Part shown: positions 51,601 through 64,000 of the stretch, piece after piece | Numbering within the stretch: position 1 is the stretch's first letter | How the letters are laid out: every line of letters starts with the position of its first letter | From: Octopus vulgaris | Taxonomy: Eukaryota | Assembly: GCA_951406725.2 (NCBI GenBank) | Contig: OX597839.1 | Span: 18,352,001-18,416,000, forward strand | Direction of reading: 5' to 3' | Length of the DNA stretch: 64,000 bases | Position numbers and translations under genes: made by a program | The notes under the pieces: model-generated | The model's input: only the letters and a program-made list of their open reading frames with translations | Told to the model about the DNA's origin: nothing | Database searches by the model: none

Positions 51601-54148
51601 GGTGTTGGTTTGTTTACATCGTCAGTGGTTTGGCAAAGAGACTGATAAAATAAACACCTGGCAGCAGGGATGGTGGTGATTGCCTCCCACTGGTGGTCTA
51701 AGCAAATGTGGTCATATGCATCACAAAATCATATGAAAGATTCTCTCATGGTAAATGTTGCAGTATCGGTGTGTTCTAACACAACATCCAATTTTAAGTG
51801 GTGATAAATTTTATCTGTTGGAATTCTGCTTTAAGCACCCTGTATATAACCCCCTCATAATATTTTTATTTTCTGGAATTTTCAGAAACGTTTTGTGAAT
51901 TTCTGTTCTACTCATAGGAATTCATGCAAAAACCAAAAACAAAAATTTTTTTCTGTGTGTGATTTAGTTGTCATTTTTAGCACATCTCATGGTGACCTCA
52001 CACCCTCCCCGTTTATTTGTCAGTCTGACATATTGATGTTTTTCATTATCTTTCTCCCCATAAACACATTTAATAGTCTTTTGCTGGGATTTAAGCCAAA
52101 AATTCGGATTGTCTGTAATTTAAAACTCTGATTCAAAAAAAAAAAAAAATTCGAAAAATTAAAAAATTTTTAAAACATTTTTAAAAATTGAAAAAAAAAT
52201 TTCTTTTCATATTGGTGTGAATTCCCACATGTAGAATGCAAATTTTCAACATTTTTCTGAAAATTCCAAAAAAGAAAAAGTTATGAGGGGTTATGTGAAG
52301 TGCTTAAAGCAGAATCCTGCCTTTTGGTATTAACATTGCTTCTGTTGTTTTAATTACTGCTGTTGTTTTATTCAACTAAATCTTCAAAACAGGGCCTCAG
52401 CATGGCCGCAGTTCATTGACTGGAACAAATAAAAGTGAACGGACAGTAGGGTTTCATTTGAGATTTAGATGTTATTTTTTAGCAGCCAGAGAGCTACCAT
52501 ATTGATATCTCCTCGTTGGCTCTGTAAAGTTTTAGGGTGTGGTTTATGGGAAAATCAGACTGCTACTTCCATCTGGTCAGATATTAAGCAACAACACTCT
52601 AACAGCAATCTTTCCAAGGAAATTAACGTCTAATAGCATAAATAAACCCTTTAGCTCTTTGCCTGCCTAAAGCATTTTCATAATTTTGTCCTAAATATCT
52701 ATACTTGATTTCAGACTATTAGTTAGCTAGTTAGCCTTTGTCAACATCCATCGACAAAGTTGGAAAGGCAAAGAAAATTTTGGAAGGAAAAATATAAATA
52801 AAAAATGAGAGGAAATCAAAGACAATATGAATCTTCCCAGACACAACATAACTTGTTTCGTGTGTTCTGAGTAATGTAAAGCTTTTCCTTCATAAATAAG
52901 TCCCAAGTTAACTCTGCTGGTTGCATAAAAAAAAAGGGGGTGGGATGTGTGCCATATATCATGCATGGACTTCAGGGAAATATGCCTTGTGTATCATGTA
53001 ACACAGGACAAGCAAAAGTTTAAACTGTTTCTGAATGGACATCTAATCTTATTTAACAGCTATTTAGCTCTTTGCCTGTCCAAAGCATTTTCATAAATTC
53101 GTCTTAACTGTCCCATGCACATTTTTCAAACTTGTAGTTAATCCTTGTTTCATACATTCTGAGTAATTAGTCCCAAGTTAACCCTGGTGGTCGAAGAAAA
53201 ATTGGGAATGTGTGTCATATATCGTGCATGGGCTTCAGAGAAATATGTCCTGTGTATCACATATGGTACACAGGACAGGCAGAGGATTAAGTATATGAAT
53301 ATATATTCCAGTTATTGAGCTGCTCTGAATTAATATATACATGCTGTAACTAGACAGGAAATTTAAAATGAATTATCTTGCTATTTCCTTGCTTATAATC
53401 CTGTCTATCTGTTGCAGATTTTATAGATTTTTGGCTCCATTAAAATATCATATATTATGTTTGGACGCCAATGAAATATGTCCTATGTGTCACAAATGAC
53501 ATACAGGACAGGCAAGGGGTTAAATTTATGGATATATTCCTGTCATTGAGATGCTCTGAATTAATATATACATGCTGTAACTAGACTGGAAATTTAAAAT
53601 AAATTATTTTGGTGTACTTGTTGTAATCCTATCTATCAGTCATAGCTTTTATAGATTCTTGACTGTGTTAGAGAAATGGGATTGTGTTTCATATATGATG
53701 CCTAGATGCCTGAGAAATATGTCCTCTGTATTATATGTAATACACAAGACAGGCAAAGAGTGAAAGGCAGTATTTGTTTGGAAAATAATGTATGGTTTAT
53801 TGATGGAAGAAATTAATTCGTGAAGGATGGTATAGCGTGTGTGTTTGCTCCGCTGTTGTGTTGGGCAATTCTATGGTAAAGTGTTTGGACTGTGTTCATG
53901 TGGGACAGGCATATTCTTTACTCTTTTTACTCTTTTACTTGTTTCAGTCATGTGACTGCAGCCATGCTGGAGCATCGCCTTTAGTCGAGCAAATCGACCC
54001 CGGGACTTATTCTTTGTAAGCCCAGTACTTATTCTATCAGTCTCTTTTGCCGAACTGCTAAATGACGGGGACGTAAACACACCAGCATTGGTTGTCAAGA
54101 AATGCTAGGGAGACAAACACAGACACACAAACACGTACACACACACAC

Positions 54149-54197
<49 letters not shown>

Positions 54198-55558
54198 TAT
54201 GACAGGCTTCTTTCAGTTTCTGTCTACCAAATCCACTCACAAGGCATTGGTTGGCCCGGGGCTATAGCAGAAGACACTTGCCCAAGATGCCACGCAGTGG
54301 GACTGAACCCGGAACCATGTGGTTGGTAAGCAAGCTACTTACCACACAGCCACTCCTGTGCCTATGAGCAGCTTTTTATAAGAAGTAGGCTGCATGAGCC
54401 ATGGCTCAACGTTAGTGGTAGGCTGCACTACTCAAAAAAACTCAAGATAATTTTTTGTTAGGCGTGCCATTCAGGAAGTCCTGTAGGCTGCAGGTTGCCC
54501 ATGATTGATGTAGAAAATGTAGAAAAATTGGCATTCCTACACAAGTGTACCCCACTAACATTGTTTCTTCACAACTTGCAGAAAAATGAATATTTTTTGA
54601 TGAAATTTCCTACAAGTACCTTTCAGATGGTGTAGGTTATGACTATATTATACTTTGTTGTGAAAAATTTTCCCAAGGGTGGGGAAAGAGCAGTTTCAGA
54701 TAATTTACATGAGTTGGATTTGTTTCCTCATAACTTTCAGAAATATGGGTATTTTTTAATGAAATTTTCTACAAATACTTTTCAGACGGTGTTGATTATG
54801 ACTATTTTGGAATCTAATGTGAAAAAAGAAATGCATTGGTTGGCATGCGCATGTACATAATGACTCACATAATTTTTTCAAAAGTTCAAAATTCGTTTTG
54901 TAGATATATATGTGATGTGTCAGAATGTATGTGTATATGCTCATGAGTTTTATTTCTCACATTTACTTCTGATATAATTGTAATCTAAACCATCTGAAAA
55001 ATATTTGTAGAAAATTTCATTAAAAAATATCTATTTTTCTGAAAGTTATGAGGAAACAAAGTCAGCTCCTGTGAATTATCCAAAACTGCTCTAACCCCAC
55101 TCCACTGAAAGAATTTTACATCACAAATCATCATACAATCGGAATCTATACAATCTGAAAGGTATTTGTAGAAAATTTCATTAAAAAATATCCATTTATC
55201 TGACAGTTATGAGGAAATGAAATTGGGTGGTTATTGTGGTGGTGGATAGGGAGCACTTGTGTGTAAGTATGAGAGAAAATCATATAAAAATTGTGGAATT
55301 TCAAATGCAATTATTGAGGGTGAGTGGGCGGGTGGTGAAAGATGATCTGTTGTGGTAAGAAAGCGATGAGGAGAGTGGCAAAGATTCCAAAGAAGACGAG
55401 GTAACTTCCCATGATTTAAATTCATATATCGATTTCTTTTACACCAGATGATGAAAAATATTTACACAATTTTGAATTATTCTGTTATTCTATATTTGGT
55501 TTCAACCAGGGGTTGTGGCCATGCTAGGGCAACCACTATTAATAAACATTTAAAAAGC

Positions 55559-55629
55559 CTCCCCAGCTGGGAATCGAACCCTGATCTTCTGCATGACAGG
55601 TCGGATACTTACCACTATACTACCAAAGA
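55559..55629 (-). pseudogene. tRNA-Asp(GTC) pseudogene
   Basis: Reverse complement TCTTTGGTAGTATAGTGGTAAGTATCCGACCTGTCATGCAGAAGATCAGGGTTCGATTCCCAGCTGGGGAG follows metazoan tRNA-Asp with CpG decay and stem mismatches. A T5 Pol III terminator follows. Confidence 0.8.
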
Positions 55630-55799
55630 TGTGTTTTTTTAAATTTACTCATACATATTTGTACTGTAAGAATTTAGAGTCTTTGAGACATGTAAAATAA
55701 TTTGTTTTCTATTGTTGAATTCTTAAGCAGATAAAGCTTTAAATCTGTAAATCGTATCTGGTTGCGTAACCTGCTTGGACAATGTGTCTCCTCCTTACT

Positions 55800-56225
55800 A
55801 CATCATTGTTCGAACGTGGTCGAGACAATGGAATTTACCATGCTACGCCAGACTTCACGGTCCATCATAGCATTACAGAGCTCCTGTTGCTGGATGCCTG
55901 TATCTCTGGAGATTACATCAGGGTAGGAGAGTGTGCACCCTCTGGTATTGCGAGTAGATGGCTTCCAGAGGAGAAGAGTAGAAATTGCCTTGTTTTCAGC
56001 TCTACAACAATGTCCAGCAAACTGGACTCTCCTACCTTTCACTAGAGATGACATAGGTAGTAGTTTCCCATATATTTGCATTTTGGTTGGATGACGCTTC
56101 CACGAAAGATTTTGAGCTCTAATAAGGAGGCAAGTGTAGGTTCCATCCAACCGCCTCTCAAGCTTCTTTGATAACGTCCAGGTTTCTGAGCCATATAGTA
56201 GGATTGGTTCGACTCACAATCTTCC
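55800..56225 (-). mobile_element. 3' fragment of an RTE/RTEX-type LINE
   Basis: Encodes RRVQFAGHCCR...LLLWKP...NAMMDREVWR, a typical RTE C-terminus; frameshifted upstream. Confidence 0.85.
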
Positions 56226-56241
56226 ATATCAATCTCCTAAT

Positions 56242-56311
56242 GACTGGTTAAGGCAGTCGATTAGAAATCCATTGGGGTCTCACCACATAAGTTCAAATCC
56301 TATCGACAATG
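56242..56311 (+). pseudogene. 5'-truncated tRNA-Ser(AGA) pseudogene
   Basis: TGGTTAAGGCAGTCGATTAGAAATCCATTGGGGTCTCACCACATAAGTTCAAATCCTATCGAC follows tRNA-Ser(AGA), including the long variable arm. Confidence 0.75.
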
Positions 56312-56939
56312 ATTAACAGGACTTTCTTTTGTCCAACCCATGCCAGGATGGAAAAAGATGTTAAATGATGAGTGATGATGATGGTATCCTCTATTTGATA
56401 TCCAGTGTCTTCCACATGTTGATCAATATATACTCTTTTTTTAAGGCAGTGGGCTCGCAGAATTTATAGCATGCCAGGCAAAATGTTTAGTCGAATTTTG
56501 TCTGTCTCTGAGTGACCGAGGGTGACTTTGCCTTTCATCCTCTTTCAGCAGCACAGGTGAGGTCAGTTTTGGCATGGTTTTTACAGCTGGATGCCCTTCC
56601 AAATGCCAACCACTTTACAGTGTGGACAGGATGCTTTTTCACGTGGTACCTGCACTGGCAGGGTCATCAAATAACTTTGCAAGACAAGGAATCTTTGAGA
56701 AGGGATAGGGGGTCATTGGAGGAGGGGATCTTGTGACAGATGGTGAAAGGTTAGAGTGTGACAGAGAGACAGAAACAGGTGTCTTACTGTAGAGGAGGTA
56801 CACAGTTACTTGGCCAGAGAAGGTACTGGAGTTGATTTACTTGACTAAAAGTCCTTCAAGGTGGTGCTCCAGCATGGCTGCAGTCTAATAATTTGAAACA
56901 AGTGAAAGATAAAAGATAAATTCTGATATCATATAATCC

Positions 56940-57445
56940 ACATCATCTGAAAGATATTTGTTAAAAATTTCATTAAAAAAATATCCATTTTTCTGAAAGT
57001 TATGAGGAAACAAAGTTGATTCCTGTAAATTATCTGAAACTCCTCTCTCCCTCCCTTCAAGACATTTTTCACAACAAATTCCAATTTTATAAGAATCTAC
57101 ACCGTAAAAAATTTCATTGAAAAATGTCCATTTTTCTGTAAGTTATGAGGAAACGAAGTAAATTCATGTAAATTATCTGAAACTCCTCTCTCCTATCTGC
57201 CAAGATATTTTTCACAACAAATTCCAATTTTATCAGAATTTAGACTGTAAAAAATTTCATTGAAAAATATTTACATTTCTGAAAGTTATGAGGAAACAAA
57301 GTTGATTCATATAAATTATCTGAAACTCCTCTCCCTCCCCCGAAGACATTTTTCACAACAGATTCCAATATTATTTATTGGAATGCACACTGCAAAAAAT
57401 TTCATTGAAAAATATCTGTTTTTCTGTAAGTCATGAAGAAAACCA
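56940..57445. repeat. ~4 tandem copies (~135-140 bp) of a dispersed AT-rich repeat
   Basis: Recurrent AAAATTTCATTRAAAAATATCCATTTTTCTGAAAGTTATGAGGAAACAAAG; also dispersed at ~12.3, 12.9, 36.5, 48.4 and 54.6-55.2 kb. Confidence 0.75.
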
Positions 57446-59744
57446 AGTTGGTGGTGGAGTACACTTTTGTTGGAATGCTGATTAATGTCGGCATTAAAAT
57501 TTGCATAATATTGACGAGCTTTTAAATTTAGAGTCTCGTTTAAGGATTTAATTGTCAATAAAAATAACTTCCAAGCAACGTTTAAAGAGTTGTTCCAAAG
57601 ACTGCAATAATAATAATAATAATAATAATAATATTAATAATCCTTTCTACTAAAGGTACAAGGCCTGAAATTTGGAGGAGGGTAAGTTAATTATATTGAA
57701 CCCCAGTACTCGACTGATACTTAATTCATTGACCCCAGTACTCAGCTAGTACTTAATTTATTGACCTCGAAAAGATGAAAGGCAAAGTTGATCTTGGTGG
57801 AATTTAGACTCAGAACGTAGCGACAGGCGAAATACCTATTTCTTTACTACCCACAAGGGGCTAAACACAGAGAGGACAAACAAGGACAGACAAATGGATT
57901 AAGTCGATTACATTGACCCCAGTGCGTAACTGGTACATATTTAATCGACCCCGAAAGGATGAAAGGCAAAGTCGACCTTGGCGGAATTAGAACTCAGAAC
58001 GTAGCTGCAGACGAAATTCTGCTAGGCATTTCGCCTGGCATGCTAATAATTCTGCCAGAGCCGGTGTGAGAGGTGAAGGTAGAGGAAATAAATGGCAAAG
58101 AGAGGGTTGTATGTATGAGAAAGGAAGGGAGTGATAGATGAATAACGAAAGGAGGAGTGAAAAAGCCGATAAATGACATTTGAAGTGTGAGTATGTGTGT
58201 GTGTAAAATAGAGCTATGTTTTCGTGCATGCGTGTGTGTGTGTGTATGTGTAAAGGAAATGGGATGGTAATGTTTAATGCTGAAAATGTGTGAGTATATG
58301 TGTGTATGTGTACAAGAGAACTATGTGAAACTTTACATATACATGTAAAGTAAAAAAAAAAAAAAAATTAAAGAAAAATAATCCAGAATCCTTGTCCTGT
58401 ATCAGATCAATCCTAAAAATCTAATCAGTTCATGCCAGTCACGAGGCCAAACATCCCTGAAAGTTTCATCGGAATCCCTCCAGTGGTTCTTGAGATATCT
58501 TGTCCACAGACAGACAAACAAACAAACACGACTGAAAACAATACCTTTGCCTTCGCTAAGGCGGAGGTAACGATAATAAACCTGCTAGTCTGTCTGCATT
58601 TAATTAGCTGCTATTATTTATTATTAAACTACCATTAATTGTTTAGAGCCTGTTATACATCATCTATCTTTGTAGGTCAGAGTTACAGTACATCAACAAC
58701 AAAAAAAAGCATGTAAATCTTACACTTTAACTAAATGTTATGGTGAATATTATTGTAACGCTGTGAATGACATTATTGTGAAGTCATAAAGTTGCAGACA
58801 GCACTTATGGTATTGTAATTGTGTGACTGGCCACTTAGGTTTTCCTGGTGTTTTGGACAGTCTTCACAGCCAGTGTGTCTACTGTTTGAAACAGCATGTT
58901 TTTTTTTTTGTGTTGATATGTATATAAATAGGTACAGGTGTGGCTGTGTGGTAAGAAGCTTGTTTCCCAATCACATGGTTCAGGGTTCATTCTCACTGCA
59001 TGGCAGCTTAGGCAAGTTTTTTTTCTAACTGCAGCTTTGGGTTGACCAAAGCCTTGTGAGTGGATTTACTGGATGGAAACTGAAAGTAGAGGCAAGCTGG
59101 CAGAAACGTTAGCACGCCGGGCGAAATGCTTAGCGGTATTTCGTCTGCCGCTACGTTCTGAGTTCAAATACTGCCAAGGTCGACTTTGTCTTTCATCCTT
59201 TCGGGGTCGATAGATTAAGTACCAGTTAGGCACTGGGGTCAATGTAATCGACTGAATCCCTTTGTCTGTTCTTGTTTGCCCCCTCTATGTTTAGCCCCTT
59301 GTGGGTAATAAAGAAATAGGAAACTGAAAGAAGCCTGTCATATATATATATGTGTGTGTGTATCTTTGTGTCTGTTTGCCCCACCACACACACACACCTG
59401 CACTATTTGATAACCAGTGGTGATGCAAAAGAGACTGGTAGAATAAGTTTGACTTAAAATTCTTCAAGGTGCTGCCCCAGCATGGCCGCAGTCTAATGAC
59501 TGTAAAAGATAAACGATATATATACATATATATATTCCCTTATCTGACCATGTGATCATCCTCAATCAATTAGTTTGTATTTTAACTGATAGCGGTCTGA
59601 GCCACATTCTCTCTTTAAAATCAGTTTTTAGAACAGTGGTCAGATAAGATGGAATAAAAGAGAAAATATATACACACACATATGCATATACATAGATCGT
59701 TAGCCACTACACACATTTTTTCTCTCCTTGTTTTTTCTGTGTCC

Positions 59745-59780
59745 CTTTCTGTAGAAGAGCGTAGGCTCGAAACGTAAAAG
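59745..59780 (+). ncRNA. Minimal hammerhead (core CTGTAGA) in a (TA)n-abutting element ~59695-60101 interrupted by a SINE
   Basis: CTTT CTGTAGA A GAGC-GTAG-GCTC GAAA CG TA AAAG; the element tail is shared with ~30370-30458. Confidence 0.65.
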
Positions 59781-60129
59781 ACTTTTTCAATTCCTGAACG
59801 TTATACTAATATATAAGGCGGCAAGCTGGCAGAGACGTTAGCACGCCGGGCGAAGTGCTTCGCGGTATTTCGCCCGTCGCTACGTTCTGAGTTCAAATTC
59901 CACCGAGGTCGACTTTGCCTTTCATCCTTTCGGGGTCAATAAATTAAGTACCAGTTACGCACTGGGGCCGATGTAATCGAATTAATCCGTTTGTCTGTCC
60001 TTGTTTAGCCCCTTGTGGGTAGTAAAGAAACATATACTAATATATCTGTTTGTTTTGTACACCACCTGCCTTCATCTTTTGTTTTTTTCGTAAACTCTCC
60101 TTATATATATATATATATATATATATATG

Positions 60130-60862
60130 ATAGGTTGTGTAATACGAAGGAAATCTAGTAAAAAATCTGAGCAATCTTGTTTTGTCTAGAGACCAATTTT
60201 CAAGCAGTGAAGTGCAGTTTGGAAAGATGTTTGACTGGTATTTCTAGCTGGTCTAGGAGAGTTAGATGAGGGTGGCTGTAAAAGGAAATATTCATGCACA
60301 CATATATACATATATATCGTAGGCTGTGTAATGTGTGAGAGATCTAGACGATAACAGTTAAAAATCTGAGTGATCTAGTTTGGTCTACATACAGACTGAT
60401 TTTCAAGCAGTAAAGTGCAGTTTGAAGGGAGGTTTAGCTTGCCTGGGAGAATGAGACGAGGGTGGTTTAAAAGAGAAAATACATATATACACATATATAT
60501 ACATATGATTGGCTGTGTAATGTTGGGGAGATCTAGATGATAATAGTAACAATCTAAGCAATCTTTGTTTGTCTACAGACCAATTTCTGAGCAGTAAAGT
60601 GCAATTCGAAGTGAGTTTTAGCTGGTATTTCTAGCTGGTCTAGGAAAGTGAGACGAGGGTGGTTGTAAAAGAGAAAATATATAAGCGCACATATATACAT
60701 ATGATTGGCTGTGTAATGTGAGGGAGATCTAGATGATAATAGTAACAATCTAAGCAATCTTTGTTTGTCTTCAGACCAATTTCCGAGCAGTAAAGTGCAA
60801 TTCGAAGTGAGTTTTAGCTGGTATTTCTAGCTGGTCTAGGAGAGCGAGACGAGGGTTGTTTG
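60130..60862. repeat. ~170-190-bp tandem repeat, ~4 diverged copies
   Basis: Recurrent GGCTGTGTAATG..GAGATCTAGATGATAA..AGACCAATTT..GCAGTAAAGTGCA..GGTATTTCTAGCTGGTCTAGGA. Confidence 0.8.
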
Positions 60863-62723
60863 TAGGCTTCTTCATTGACTTGGCAACCACGCAAACTTCT
60901 CTCTCATTGGTTTGTTGCTCAATGTGTTTAATATGGCTGGATGAATAGTTGAAGTTACATACCAAACAACAGACAATCATGAGGATTCCTAATTAAATTG
61001 TTGATGTCCATCACATTACATTACATTAACACTGGCTCAACTGTTGGTTGTTATGTTTTTTCCACACACAGACGGAATCTCTGAATAATTAAACACAGTG
61101 ATTAATAAATATGAGATGCTTAATTTTCAATATTTATTCATATATGATAGTGTACATCCCATTTAGGGATTTTCTCATCACTAAATGGGAAAGTTGAGTG
61201 AAATCTGACCGATTTCACTGAGAGGTTCTGCTCAATTTGCCCAACTCAGTTTTCCATAGCTCATTTCTTTGACCGAGCTTCCACCCTGGATCAAGTGTAG
61301 ACCAAGTCAGGGTGCCTCACACCCAGAGTGTGGTCAGATTCTAACAAGCTTCGGCCAGTCAAATAATGCAGTCGATGGTATTTTCATCATAGCATTCTAT
61401 AGAGAATTAGTGGTGAGTAAGAGCATGGCTCAGTGGTTAGAGCGTCAGGCTCACAATCATGGGTAGTGAGTTCGATTCCTGGACTAGACAGTGTGTTGTG
61501 TTCTTGAGACAAGACACTTTATTTCATGTTGCTCCAGTTCACGCATCTGTAAAATTGAGTTGCGATGTCACTGGTGCCAAGCTGTATCAGCCCCTTAGCC
61601 TTTCCCTTGGATGACATTGGTGACATGGAGTGGGCAGGCTGGTATGCATGGGTGACTGCTGGTCTTCCATAAAACGACCTTGCTTGGACTTGTGCCTCAG
61701 CTGGGAACCTTCTAGGTGCAATCCCATGATCATTCATGATCGAAGGGGGCCTTTACCCTTTAAGAGCAATGGTATCCTTGGGGAGACTCCGGGCTTTGAG
61801 GATTGAGAGAAGTCAACTGACTGGTCTTTTCCAGAGGGCTTTCAGTCCAGAGCGTTTGGGTAATTTCTAGAAACCTATGACCTGGTAGAGCTACTGGTGG
61901 TGGGTTGGGCATTTTTATTTCAAGATAAACTCTACAGCATCGTTTCTCAACTGGGGTTACCCTAGTGCTCAGCAATTGGTTCCTAGGGGTTCCGTGAGAA
62001 GAGTGAGATAAGCTAATGCTAATTTCATGATTGAAATATATATATATGTGTATATATGATATATATATATATATGTATATTATGTTTACCACGTGAAATA
62101 TGATGAAAAAATATTAGAAAGATATGGTATATAATTTTATTTGTGCAGGGGTTCCTCGAGATATGTAATTTATTTTAAGTGTTTCACAAAGGTAAAAAGG
62201 TTGAGAAAGACTGCTCTATAGGTATGATCGGGCTGTCAGTTAGGCTTGCCTGAGATCTGTGCAGAGTGATGAAATCATCTAGCATGCATTTGTATACAGG
62301 GGCATGCTGTAACATTATCATGTGTAGAACGGATTTAGCTTTGAGCCATCTTTGTTGTGAAGATTGTCCCACAACCTCTAGCTTGAAAGAGCATGCAGTT
62401 TTCTTCTGAGGTTGTATGGTGGATGTGACTAAAAGGATTGAAATCGGACACTTTCTTCTTCAGCCAATCCCTCATCAGCTTCTTTTTTTGAGTTTCACTT
62501 AAAAAGGAAGGCAAGGGTTAAGAGGGGGGTTGCTACCCTCCTCTAGTAATGTCGAGTGAATGTGGTGAAGGTGGCTTGAGTGCATGTAAACTGCATGTAA
62601 ACTTTATTCATTGGTCTCTTATTCATGTATATAAAATGTGTAGTGTTACAACTTACATCAATAACTAGTTTTGAAATCCCACTATGACTTTATGGACACC
62701 CATATAATGTTATTCCACGCATT

Positions 62724-62759
<36 letters not shown>

Positions 62760-62918
62760 AAATATAAATCATGATGGCAGTTCCTGCTTGAAAATCAAGA
62801 TGAAAAACGACACACCCTCAAGTGGTTATGTAAACTGATCCTTAGATGACTGGGTCTGGTATTCTTCCTGCTACTGCTTAGCAGTTTTAAATGAGAGTTA
62901 GTCCATGCAACCCGTGTT

Positions 62919-62968
<50 letters not shown>

Positions 62969-63135
62969 TGCAGGAGTGGCTGTGTGGTAAGTAGCTTGTT
63001 TACCAACCACATGGTTCTGGGTTCAGTCCCACTGCATGGCACCTTGGGCAAGTGTCTTCTGCTATAGCCCCGGGCCGACCAATGCCTTGTGAGTGGATTT
63101 GGTAGACAGAAACTGAAAAAAGCCTGTCGTATATA

Positions 63136-63180
<45 letters not shown>

Positions 63181-63423
63181 TTGTTGCCTGTGTTTGTCCC
63201 CCTAGCATTGCTTGACAACCGATGCTGGTGTGTTTATGTCCCTGTCACTTAGCGGTTTGGCAAAAGAGACCGATAGAATAAGTACTGGGCTTACAAAGAA
63301 TAAGTCCCGGGGTCGAGTTGCTCGATTGAAGGCGGTGCTCCAGCATGGCCGCAGTCAAATGACTGAAACAAGTAAAAGAGTAAAATAATGTGTGTGTATG
63401 TATGTATTCTTGTATATATATAT

Positions 63424-63613
63424 TTACATGCAGTTAAATAGATGTCCGGTTATAGAATAACCAATGGTTTCACACCCATAAAGCATTTAGCCTCGTAGAT
63501 GACTTGTCAGGCTCCAAGGGTGGAGTCTGAAGAGTCGTCTATAAAGCTGACCTCTTTATGGATGTGAAACCATTGGTCACTCCCTGACTGGACATAAATT
63601 TCACTGCATGTAA
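63424..63613. repeat. Long imperfect hairpin containing a hammerhead-like 3' half
   Basis: ACCAATGGTTTCACACCCATAAAG / CTTTATGGATGTGAAACCATTGGT plus outer and inner pairings; GAAA-CCATTGG-TC motif. Confidence 0.55.
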
Positions 63614-64000
63614 CTACATTACTGCTCTGTCCTTTAGAGTGTACTTCTTTTTTTGGTATACGATCCACTGATAATATATTCTTTTATTCTTTGACTTGTT
63701 TCAATCATTTGACTGCAGTCATGCTGGAGCAACACCTCAAACTTTTTTAGTCGAGTGAATCAATCCCAGTACTTATTTTTTAAGCCTGGTACTTATTCTA
63801 CTTCTGTCTTTTGCCACACCGCTAAGTCACAGGGATGTAAACACACCAGCACCAGTTGTCAAGCAGTGATTGTGGCAGTGGGAGACACACAAACACAAAA
63901 ATACACATAGAGATAGACACACACACACACACACACATATAATATACAACAGGCTTCTTTCAGTTTCTGTCTGCCAGATCCACTCACAAGGCTTTGGCCT

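Overview
AT-rich, repeat-saturated eukaryotic DNA. The SINE families and (TA)n/(CA)n load suggest an octopod cephalopod; this is inference from recalled repeats, not a search. Only two long ORFs look like real proteins: a Schlafen/AlbA_2-domain exon (15096-15872, +) and a gag/ORF1-like RRM + CCHC zinc-knuckle protein (17697-19058, +). The rest is tRNA-derived SINEs, MITEs, decayed RTE, Tc1/mariner and Tigger fragments, two tRNA pseudogenes, and mini/microsatellites. The main hidden signal is about 11 recognisable (plus 2 decayed) minimal type-I hammerhead ribozymes with palindromic stem III. They belong to several unrelated, non-coding, fold-back elements, mostly inserted at (TA)n, i.e. Penelope-type pLTR/retrozyme-like elements. 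At 17051-19616 a 363-bp hammerhead monomer is present both empty (inverted copy) and filled with a 1.74-kb ORF1-only cassette bounded by a 17-bp duplication. That cassette's 3' tail resembles the tail of an abundant SINE. A tRNA-headed element carrying a hammerhead lies at 40778-41107. All structures were read by eye and boundaries are approximate.
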